The notes beneath the pieces are model-generated. The model was not told the origin of the DNA. It was given only the letters and a program-made list of their open reading frames with translations, and did not search any database. A stretch of 43,180 nt of DNA from a virus (Duplodnaviria > Caudoviricetes): the IMG/VR virus record IMGVR_UViG_3300002092_000076, positions 1 through 43,180 of that record; one strand, written 5' to 3'. Position numbers and translations under genes: made by a program. Of the stretch, positions 1-6,798 are shown piece after piece. The stretch's first letter is position 1; every line of letters begins with the position of its first letter.

Positions 1-91
1 GGTCGGCCCCGGTCAGGTCGGCCCCGGTCAGGGTGTCAGCCTCGACCGTGCGCAAGACCGCGCCGGTGTCTTTGTGTTTGATCTCGATCAC
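1..91 (-). CDS. Pentapeptide-repeat protein, N-terminal part (runs off window)
   Basis: Not in ORF track. GTG at 91 overlaps the upstream stop (GTGA) and reads MIEIKHKDTGAVLRTVEADTLTGADLTGAD..., i.e. A(D/N)LxG pentapeptide repeats with a 15-bp DNA repeat at 1-31. Confidence 0.7.
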   Translation of the reverse strand, partial: MIEIKHKDTGAVLRTVEADTLTGADLTGAD

Positions 92-441
92 GATGCGTCC
101 TCCAGGCTCTCGGCCAGCTTGTTGATGGGCTCTAGCAGGGCCTCAAGGCTGGTGTTGTAGTCACAGATCACGTCCCAGCCGTCGTTCCCGTAGACGAGGA
201 GGACCCATGCGGTGTGGCCGTCCTTGCGGAGGTAGAGCCGGTCCTCGTCGGTCTCCATGATGTTGTCGATCACCACGGCCCGGTCGGTCGTCCACGGGTG
301 CTGCTCCTCGCCGTCATCGACGCTTAGCTCGTAGCCCTCGGCCAGCGCGTGGTCGATCAGGGCGGTGACGATCCTGCGCTCGATCACGATGCGGCGGCGG
401 GTGTCGGCGTCCTTAATGTCGTTCAGGTCTTTCGGGTACAT
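88..441 (-). CDS. Hypothetical early phage protein (117 aa, acidic)
   Basis: ORF track; good GC3 codon usage; tightly packed between neighbouring minus-strand genes. Confidence 0.8.
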   Translation of the reverse strand: MYPKDLNDIKDADTRRRIVIERRIVTALIDHALAEGYELSVDDGEEQHPWTTDRAVVIDNIMETDEDRLYLRKDGHTAWVLLVYGNDGWDVICDYNTSLEALLEPINKLAESLEDAS

Positions 442-444
442 GGC

Positions 445-750
445 TCAGGCTTCGATGAAGTTGGTGACGGTGGCGCGGGCGCGCTCGACCTGATCGACGG
501 CGAAGTGCTGGGGCATGGCGACGACGACGCAGGCGGCGGCGCAGTCCTCCTCGAACCATGCGTCGCCGTAGCCGTGGGACCAGCGCGCGGCGTAGGCGCG
601 GTGGGCGGCGGGGATGGCGTCCAGCGCCACGTCGTCGAGGTACAGGCCCCCGTGCGAGGGCGTCGAGACAGCGAAGACGCCGGGCGCGATGCACTCGACG
701 TGGTCGGCAGCGCCCCAGGGGGTGTCTTGGAAGAAGCGGGAGGTGGTCAT
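445..750 (-). CDS. Conserved phage/MGE protein (DUF7007-like)
   Basis: ATG at 750 with GGAGACCTGACC RBS; motifs TPWG, STPSHGG and WFEEDC recalled for this family. Confidence 0.75.
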   Translation of the reverse strand: MTTSRFFQDTPWGAADHVECIAPGVFAVSTPSHGGLYLDDVALDAIPAAHRAYAARWSHGYGDAWFEEDCAAACVVVAMPQHFAVDQVERARATVTNFIEA

Positions 751-770
751 GGTCAGGTCTCCTTGTTTAC

Positions 771-820
771 ACGCCTTGACCCCGGCCACCGCGTTCTGCG
801 GCTCCGGGGCGCGGGGGCGT
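771..820 (-). ncRNA. Conserved structured leader hairpin, copy 1
   Basis: Minus strand ACGCC-CCCGC-GCCCCGG-A-GCCGC-AGAAC-GCGGT-GG-CCGGGGT-CAA-GGCGT; same architecture at 3267-3309 and 5192-5236. Confidence 0.65.
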
Positions 821-875
821 CTAGCCCGTTGGGGCGACTTGCGAACAATGTTCGCAGCCGCTGGGACGGAGAGGC

Positions 876-1169
876 TTAGCTCTCCTGCGCTTCGGCCTGC
901 GCTGCGGCCTCCTTGGCCTCGTCAGCGTCGTCCTTGGCCTTGACAGCGGCCTTGTACTGGTCGGGGGTCAGCACCCGCCGCGTCACCTGCTCCAGCGACA
1001 GCGTCTCGGGCCGGTCGAGGATGTGCAGGACGGTCTCGCCGTCCAGCCAGTCGGTGTCCACGGGGACGGCAGCGGCGAGGGTGTCCATCACCTTGGCGGC
1101 GTCCGCCGCCGTCATGACGAACGAGCGGTAGCCGATGCACAGTTTAAACAGGGGGGATTGCGTCGTCAT
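876..1169 (-). CDS. Hypothetical early protein (97 aa)
   Basis: ORF track; GGAGACCTGACA RBS directly before the ATG. Confidence 0.8.
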   Translation of the reverse strand: MTTQSPLFKLCIGYRSFVMTAADAAKVMDTLAAAVPVDTDWLDGETVLHILDRPETLSLEQVTRRVLTPDQYKAAVKAKDDADEAKEAAAQAEAQES

Positions 1170-1223
1170 TGTCAGGTCTCCTTCAGGTCAAGGGGCGGGG
1201 CGCTGTCGCCCGGCCCGGATCAC

Positions 1224-1252
1224 TATCTAGCACCGCACCGGTTGGGGTGCAA
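1224..1252 (-). promoter_or_regulatory. Sigma70-type early promoter overlapped by a palindromic operator
   Basis: Minus strand TTGCAC-N17-TAGATA, with GC preceding the -10; GCACC-N6-GGTGC palindrome at 1235-1250. Confidence 0.6.
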
Positions 1253-1285
1253 TAGGGCTTAGTCCCAGCGCCCTGACGGGCGGTG

Positions 1286-1486
1286 TCACTGGGGCAGCCC
1301 CGCGCGCACCACGGCCAATACGGCTTTGCGGAGCGCGCTCTCGATCTCCGACTGATCCGGCGGGTTGTCGCCCGCGTAGCGCGGGCCGTCACGGTCGTAA
1401 TGAACGCGCGCATCGATATGATCGTTAAGCGCGGCCATGAAGTCGCTGATTGCGTCCAGCATGGCTACCTCGGTCTGATCGGTCAT
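1286..1486 (-). CDS. Hypothetical protein (66 aa)
   Basis: ORF track; AAGGA RBS; ATGA coupling with the upstream ORF. Confidence 0.7.
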   Translation of the reverse strand: MTDQTEVAMLDAISDFMAALNDHIDARVHYDRDGPRYAGDNPPDQSEIESALRKAVLAVVRAGLPQ

Positions 1487-1629
1487 TGGTCATTGTCCTT
1501 CTGTTGGCGTGGGCGGCAGGCGGCGCAGTGTCGCCAGCCATAGGTGGTGCGCTCGGCGGTCGAGCCCTTGGGCAACCACGCGCCGCAGGCGCAGCGCACG
1601 GTCGCGGGTACAGGGACGAAGCTGTTCAT
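1483..1629 (-). CDS. Small Cys-rich, putative zinc-binding protein (48 aa)
   Basis: Manual translation MNSFVPVPATVRCACGAWLPKGSTAERTTYGWRHCAACRPRQQKDNDQ (CxC...CxxC); its stop overlaps the next start (ATGA). Confidence 0.55.
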   Translation of the reverse strand: MNSFVPVPATVRCACGAWLPKGSTAERTTYGWRHCAACRPRQQKDNDQ

Positions 1630-1701
1630 CGATACGCTCTCATGTTTAAACAATATGGGGCGGGGATGCGGGCCGGAGCAGCGCCCCGGCCCCCTGTCGG
1701 A

Positions 1702-3207
1702 CTACCCGACGTAGACGAGGTCCTCTTGGGCGCGGGTGACCGCCACGTAGGCCAGATTGGCCTCCTGCTCCAACTGCCAGGGCTGCCGGGCGGCGCGGGA
1801 GGGGCAGCGGCTGTGGTGCTCCAGCAGCAGCACACGGGGCCACTCGCGGCCCTTGGACTTGTGGTAGGTCGCCAGGACCACCGCGCCCTGCACGTCGTCG
1901 CCGAACAGGGCCGCGATGGCCCCGACCACGTCCGTCACCAGCTGCTCACCGCGCCCCTGGCACGCCTTGATGATCTCGCGCAGGGTGTCGAGGCGATCGC
2001 GCAGTTTCTCGGCCTGCTCGTCCTCATCCGGCTTGCCCTCCAGCTTGCCAAGCTCGCGCACCTCGTGCGCCTCCAGGCGCGCCAGTAGCTCGGCGCACGT
2101 CCTCACCTTCCACCGGCGCGCCAGGGCCGCCAGACCCTCGCCGATGTCCCGGCCCTCGACCCGCGCAGGCGTACCCTGGCGGATCAGGCTGTAGGCCGTG
2201 GACACGAGCGGGGCCGTGTTCCGGCACAGGATGGCGTCACGCCCCGGCGTCAGCGCCTGCGGCAGCGACAGGACCGACGTGACACTGCCATCGGGCGCAC
2301 TGTCGGCTGCCGTGATGTCGGGCACGTAGGCCTGCGCCTCGCGCACCACCGCCTTAGGGCAGCGCCACGTCACCGACAGCGGCAGCACGGTCGCGCGATA
2401 CTCTCGGATCAGGTTCGAGAGCGACTGGGCGTCAGCGCCCGCGAACCCGTAGATCGCCTGGGCGGGGTCGCCGACGATGACCAGCCGACCGTAGCGGGGC
2501 TTCACGAACTTGCTGATCAGCGCCTGACGCGCGGGCGACAGGTCCTGGGCCTCGTCGACGAACACCACGTCAGCGGGCCACCTGGGCGTCAGGCGGCGCA
2601 GCAGCGGGATCAGGATCATGTCGTCGAAGTCGAACGTCGTGAGGTCGTCGCACGACCGCGTGTAGATGTCCTGGGCGGCTCCGACGATGCGCTCGGCGTC
2701 CGCCTCGTCCAGTTCGATCCCGTGGTGGCTGGCGAGCCCGTACCAGATGCCCGCGTCCTCAACGCGCCCGAACACGCCGACCGCCGCCTGCTTCGCCATG
2801 CCGACCAGCTTGCTGATCTGCTGCGAGTAAGCCCCGTACAGGCTGCTCGACCCCGCCGCCGCCTGGATCAGGTCGCGGACCTTGTGCGCGTTCAGGTCGC
2901 GCCGGGTGTCGAACCCGTAGGCGTCCTTGAGCAGCGTGGTCCCCAGGCCGTGCGCCGTCTTCGCCTGGACGTGGGGGAAGCCGTGACCGGCGTCCCGCAG
3001 CTTCCCGTCGATCTCTTTCACGATGGCGGTGTTGAACGCGCAGACCAGGATGCGGGTGCGCTCGTTCGCGGCGCGCAGGGCGTTGACGCCCAGCATGATG
3101 GTGGAGGTCTTGCCGCAGCCCGCGCGGGCCTCCAGGGCAAGGTGAGCGTCGGTGCCGGTCAGAGCGTCAAGGAACGCCTGCTGCTGGGCCGTGGGAGCGA
3201 AAGCCAT
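1702..3207 (-). CDS. UvrD/Rep-like superfamily 1 helicase
   Basis: Motifs ARAGCGKT (I), VDEAQD (II), GDPAQAIYGF (III), TWRCP (IV), TYHKSKGREW (V), YVAVTRA (VI); ATG at 3207 preferred as start. Confidence 0.93.
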   Translation of the reverse strand: MAFAPTAQQQAFLDALTGTDAHLALEARAGCGKTSTIMLGVNALRAANERTRILVCAFNTAIVKEIDGKLRDAGHGFPHVQAKTAHGLGTTLLKDAYGFDTRRDLNAHKVRDLIQAAAGSSSLYGAYSQQISKLVGMAKQAAVGVFGRVEDAGIWYGLASHHGIELDEADAERIVGAAQDIYTRSCDDLTTFDFDDMILIPLLRRLTPRWPADVVFVDEAQDLSPARQALISKFVKPRYGRLVIVGDPAQAIYGFAGADAQSLSNLIREYRATVLPLSVTWRCPKAVVREAQAYVPDITAADSAPDGSVTSVLSLPQALTPGRDAILCRNTAPLVSTAYSLIRQGTPARVEGRDIGEGLAALARRWKVRTCAELLARLEAHEVRELGKLEGKPDEDEQAEKLRDRLDTLREIIKACQGRGEQLVTDVVGAIAALFGDDVQGAVVLATYHKSKGREWPRVLLLEHHSRCPSRAARQPWQLEQEANLAYVAVTRAQEDLVYVG

Positions 3208-3266
3208 TGTCTCTAGTCCTGTCTCTGTCAGAGGCGCGTCGGCCACAGCGGCCCTGCGCGTTTACA

Positions 3267-3309
3267 CGCCTTAAGCCCGGCCACCGTCTCCGGCTCCGGG
3301 CTGTGGGCG
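3267..3309 (-). ncRNA. Conserved structured leader hairpin, copy 2
   Basis: Minus strand CGCC-CAC-AGCCCGG-A-GCCG-GAGA-CGGT-GG-CCGGGCT-TAA-GGCG, upstream of the helicase. Confidence 0.65.
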
Positions 3310-3336
3310 GGTTGTCCGCGATGTCAGGGGGCTGGG

Positions 3337-3465
3337 TTACGTCGGGGAGGCGAAGGCGGACGCCAGGACCAGCACGGTCAGAAAGAAGGCCGAGACGGCG
3401 GCCAGTTCGAGGAGGGCGCGCAGAACGCGCAGGGCGAAAGTGGGGGTGGGGGTGGAAGGGGTCAT
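3337..3465 (-). CDS. Small single-pass membrane protein (42 aa)
   Basis: ATG at 3465 with CAGGAGACC RBS; MTPSTPTPTFALRVLRALLELAAVSAFFLTVLVLASAFASPT. Confidence 0.65.
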   Translation of the reverse strand: MTPSTPTPTFALRVLRALLELAAVSAFFLTVLVLASAFASPT

Positions 3466-3502
3466 AGGTGGTCTCCTGTTGGCGGGTGTTGCGCCGTCGG
3501 GG

Positions 3503-3531
3503 TGCATAGCATTGCGTTTGGTTGGGTGCAA
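3503..3531 (-). promoter_or_regulatory. Sigma70-type early promoter
   Basis: Minus strand TTGCAC-N17-TATGCA, with GC preceding the -10; same style as the promoter at 1224-1252. Confidence 0.55.
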
Positions 3532-3532
3532 T

Positions 3533-3763
3533 GGCGTACGGGAGAGCGTACGCCGTACGCCTTACTGCCAATATAGGGGTAAAATGGCTGTATGGCGTAT
3601 GGCGGTACAGTCCCCGGAACGTACGCCGTACGCCGTACGCCGGGGGACCCCTACGTAGTAGGGTCCCGGCGGAGGGCGTACGGCGTACGGGAGTACGGCA
3701 TTGGATTTTGGCGTATGGCCGTAATGGTGTAGGGCGTAGGGGTGTATGCCTTTGTGGCGTACG
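3533..3763. repeat. Iteron-like CGTACGC/GGCGTA array around a central inverted repeat (candidate replication origin)
   Basis: (CGTACGC)x2 at 3547-3560, x3 at 3620-3640, inverted (GCGTACG)x2 at 3676-3689, many GGYGTA variants, and an imperfect palindrome at 3638-3671. Confidence 0.7.
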
Positions 3764-3783
3764 GAACCGGAGCAGGTGCGAGA

Positions 3784-4347
3784 ATGAATGTGATCGATCT
3801 GAAATTGCCGGGCGTGTCGTTTTACGCTCGGACAGGGAAGTGGTGCGCTCGTATCAGCGAGGGCGGCGCTCGTAAGCATCTCGGGTACTTCGAGACACAG
3901 GAAGCCGCGTCGGCGGCGTATGAGGAGGCCCGTGGCGCTAGGCCGCCCACTCGTAAGAAGCGGCCCCCTGCGAAGCCGCTCAGCGCGGTGCGGGCTCCGG
4001 CGGGTGTTTGGGCGGCGCTGTTCTCGCCCATGTTTGTTAGCCTGTTTATCTGCGACGACGACGCGCTTGACGAAGTGGCGATTGAGGCGATCGAGATGGC
4101 TGGCGAGGTCAGTCGGCGGGAGAACGTATCAACGCACGTCGCCGGGGACGTGATCACCCTCGGCGCGTACGAGAAGCGCACTTCGGATATGTTCCCTGCT
4201 GAGACGTTCTGTGAGCGCATCCGACTGGCGCGGCGTTTGGGGATCATGGACCGGCTGGGCGAACTGTCGAGCCGGGTAGCCCCTTTCGATCCAGACGCCA
4301 CATTCAGGATTGCGGCGCATGAACTTGCGTTCGGTGATATGGTTTAA
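3784..4347 (+). CDS. AP2-domain DNA-binding protein
   Basis: GVSFYARTGKWCARI...KHLGYFETQEAASAAYEEAR is a canonical AP2 signature; no HNH domain visible. Confidence 0.8.
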   Translation: MNVIDLKLPGVSFYARTGKWCARISEGGARKHLGYFETQEAASAAYEEARGARPPTRKKRPPAKPLSAVRAPAGVWAALFSPMFVSLFICDDDALDEVAIEAIEMAGEVSRRENVSTHVAGDVITLGAYEKRTSDMFPAETFCERIRLARRLGIMDRLGELSSRVAPFDPDATFRIAAHELAFGDMV

Positions 4348-4362
4348 ACACGAGGTGCGAAC

Positions 4363-4857
4363 ATGACGGTAAAATCGAAATACAGCCCTGAGCTTGTGGA
4401 CCTGATTATAGAGCGGGTCGCGTCGGGAACCTTGCTGGCAAAGGTGCTGCGCATGCCTGATGTCGATATTGAGGCGTCCACGTTCAACCGCTGGAAAGCG
4501 CAGCACGGGTTTGCCGACCGGCTCGAGGAGGCGCGCTTACACGGTTATGACGTTATCGCCTCTGACAGTCTCGATATCATCGACGGTCTAAAGCCGGTTG
4601 ACGGCGTGCCAAATGAAACGTCCCGCGACACGGCGCGGGCGAACCACCGGCTTAAGCTGCTCTCGAGGTTCGATCCGGCGCGGTATGGCGAGCGGGTGCA
4701 ACATGCGGGAGCGGACGGGGGCAAGTTGGAGGCAAGCCCCTTGGTGCTGGAAGTTATGGCCATGCTGAGGCCCCAGGTGGCCCAGGAGGCCCCTGTTAGC
4801 GTCACCGCGCTACCTTTTTACCCGGAAGGGTCTAATGGCCTTCCTGAGCCTTCCTAG
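4363..4857 (+). CDS. terS: Terminase small subunit (Sf6-like)
   Basis: SKYSPEL..IIERVASG..L..V, STFNRW, and C-terminal KLLSRFDPARYGERVQHAGADGG; GAGG RBS. Confidence 0.8.
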   Translation: MTVKSKYSPELVDLIIERVASGTLLAKVLRMPDVDIEASTFNRWKAQHGFADRLEEARLHGYDVIASDSLDIIDGLKPVDGVPNETSRDTARANHRLKLLSRFDPARYGERVQHAGADGGKLEASPLVLEVMAMLRPQVAQEAPVSVTALPFYPEGSNGLPEPS

Positions 4858-4879
4858 GGGCTAGTTGTCCCGGCATAGC

Positions 4880-4911
4880 AAAAGGGCCCCACGGTTTCCC
4901 GTAGGGCCCTT
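4880..4911 (-). terminator. Rho-independent terminator between convergent genes
   Basis: Minus strand AAGGGCCCTACGG-GAAA-CCGTGGGGCCC-TTTT. Confidence 0.75.
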
Positions 4912-4935
4912 GGCCGTTGGGGACGGGTAACCGCG

Positions 4936-5157
4936 CTAGAGTATGCCGCGCAGCGCTTCGCGCACGCATGTCAGATTGTACTTCGCGCCGTCTGGCGTGC
5001 GCTCTCCTTGCAGCGATTGCGCCAATTTCACCGCGCCCACGCCTATCCCGTATTGCTTCACAAGCAACACGGCGAAACGATACAGGCTTTCATCGTTGTT
5101 GATCCAGAGTGACACGTTCCACGCGTTCCAGCTGCGGTGTCCGTTGTAGGTGTTCAT
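4936..5157 (-). CDS. Conserved small phage protein (DUF7249-like, 73 aa)
   Basis: YNGHRSWNAWNVSLWINNDESLY...TPDG motif; GGAGACCTGAC RBS before ATG at 5157. Confidence 0.75.
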   Translation of the reverse strand: MNTYNGHRSWNAWNVSLWINNDESLYRFAVLLVKQYGIGVGAVKLAQSLQGERTPDGAKYNLTCVREALRGIL

Positions 5158-5191
5158 GGTGTCAGGTCTCCATTGTGCGGGCCAACCCCGC

Positions 5192-5236
5192 ACGGCCTTA
5201 GCCGGGCCACCCGTTAGGGCTCCCGGCGCGGGCCGC
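5192..5236 (-). ncRNA. Conserved structured leader hairpin, copy 3
   Basis: Minus strand GCGGCC-CGC-GCCGGG-A-GCCC-TAAC-GGGT-GG-CCCGGC-TAA-GGCCGT. Confidence 0.65.
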
Positions 5237-5267
5237 TAGGGGCGGCTAAGGGGCGCGTTTACACGCG

Positions 5268-6050
5268 CTAGGCGGCTATCGCGTAGTCCTCCCCTTCCGC
5301 TTCGCTTTCGACGCCTTCGCACGTCATGCGCTCCGAACACGCGCCGCAAAATGGCAACCCGGCGTTCGCCCATTTGGCTGTTAGCCGGACGGTGTAGCCG
5401 CAAGCGCACTCGGCCTTAAGCATCCGCGTCCCTTGCTTTTTCTTGCCCGTCTCGCCCGCCGTCAGGGTGCTGTGCGGGTAGTCGCCAAGGGCGGCGAGCA
5501 CCGGCCCGGCCCATGCGCGCCACGCGTCACCGGCCACCGTGGCGGTCACCTTGCCCTCAAGGCCTAGCGCCCGGACCAGATCGGCGAAGGGCCGCTTGTG
5601 GCCAACCCCGGCGTCAAGCGCGGCATGTGCCAATTCATGCGTCAGAACGGCGGCGACGGCCTCCGCGTCGGGCAAGCCCGCGCCCGTCGAAATGATGATG
5701 GACCGGACGCCGTCGGAGGCCGCCGACGGGTGGTAGCACTCTCCGATAACCTTAGACGCGGCGCGAGCCCCGCCGGAGGTCCAACCCACGCCGATGCGGA
5801 GCGTGTCGGGCAAGGGCCGCCCGGCGTCGGCGAAGTGAGGCCGGGCCGCGTCGGCGAAGGCGTGGAGCCATGTTTCGCGGTTGGCATGGGGCGGCGGCGA
5901 TAGCAGGGCTATTACGGCGGCGGACCATTCCGGGAGGCGGGCCGGGTAGTCGCTGGCGATAAAGGCGGCAAGGGCGGCGGCGGGCGAACCTAGGGCGGCG
6001 ATTGCGTCGGCGGCATAGTCGGCGGGGGAAGCGGCAAGTTTGCGAGCCAT
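5268..6050 (-). CDS. SprT-like zinc metalloprotease with C-terminal Cys zinc finger
   Basis: HELAH (HExxH) followed by GH..F, then C-terminal CxC...CxxC (ECACG..FCGAC); GGAGAC RBS before ATG at 6050. Confidence 0.8.
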   Translation of the reverse strand: MARKLAASPADYAADAIAALGSPAAALAAFIASDYPARLPEWSAAVIALLSPPPHANRETWLHAFADAARPHFADAGRPLPDTLRIGVGWTSGGARAASKVIGECYHPSAASDGVRSIIISTGAGLPDAEAVAAVLTHELAHAALDAGVGHKRPFADLVRALGLEGKVTATVAGDAWRAWAGPVLAALGDYPHSTLTAGETGKKKQGTRMLKAECACGYTVRLTAKWANAGLPFCGACSERMTCEGVESEAEGEDYAIAA

Positions 6051-6056
6051 TCTCAA

Positions 6057-6798
6057 GTCTCCGTTTCAGGGGCGGCGCGCCCCCGGTGAGAGCCTTGTCG
6101 CATGGGTTTACACGCGGCGCAACCCTTTAGGTGCAAGGGGCAGGGCAAGGGCGCGCCGGACTAATGGCCAAGGGCTAAAGGGCGCGCTACCGTCCGCCTG
6201 CTCCAAGCCCCGCGCCCGCGCGTGGCCCGCGCGAGGCTTTATAATATGGGCGCGCGTGCGTCACGCGCATTAGGTTGCATTAAGTGTATAACGCAACCTC
6301 TAGGTTGCATTTGCGAACGATTACCAAATCAACGCTAAGGCCGTTTTTTGGCCCGTACGGAGGCCTTTGTTTTTGGGGTCTACCGCATATGGAAAAGGCC
6401 TTTCGCCCGCATGGGTGCAGCAGAGGGGCTTACAGAGGCATGTGGCTTTTATGCAACACTAAGTATACACAGGCCCGCGTTGAGTAATGTATACTAGCGA
6501 TTTACTTAAAGCTCTGCGCTGCGGGCACTTGGCGCGCTTCTAGTCTTCCCGTTACTTGCGCGTTGCTTGGCGCGTTGCTTGCGCTCTACAGTAAAGCGGA
6601 AACGAACGGCGTTCGGCGACCAGCGTTAGGCCATAGGGGGAGGGCCCCCCACCCCCGCCTTTTGCCGCCTGAATAAAAATTTGCATGCACTACGCCCAAA
6701 TTTTTTGCAAAATCCACGTTAGATGCACCCTGTTAGGTGCCTACCAGTCAGGTGCAACGCAACAACAGTTGCAGTGCGTAACGCAGCGGCCTACGTAG
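6057..6798. promoter_or_regulatory. Non-coding divergent control region and candidate packaging/terminus region
   Basis: More AT-rich, no credible ORF, three GCA(A/C)C-N6-G(G/T)TGC palindromes, G/C runs at 6636-6659 and A/T tracts at 6672-6713 just before terL. Confidence 0.55.

Noticed and set aside
771-820. Leader hairpins as a known ribozyme or riboswitch
   Set aside because: No hammerhead, HDV, twister or recognised aptamer core is visible. Retained only as an unassigned motif.
840-856. TGCGAAC-AAT-GTTCGCA palindrome as a LexA (SOS) box
   Set aside because: The GAAC-N3-GTTC spacing fits neither the Firmicute N4 nor the alphaproteobacterial GTTC-N7-GTTC box. It is better explained as part of an RNA hairpin.
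3533-3763. Repeat array as CRISPR
   Set aside because: Units are 7 bp with no unique spacers, and there are no cas genes.
6240-6245. Perfect TATAAT
   Set aside because: No -35 at correct spacing and no nearby credible ORF, so it cannot be supported as a promoter.
6284-6487. 67-aa ORF in the control region
   Set aside because: Atypical codon usage, no RBS, and it overlaps operator-like palindromes.
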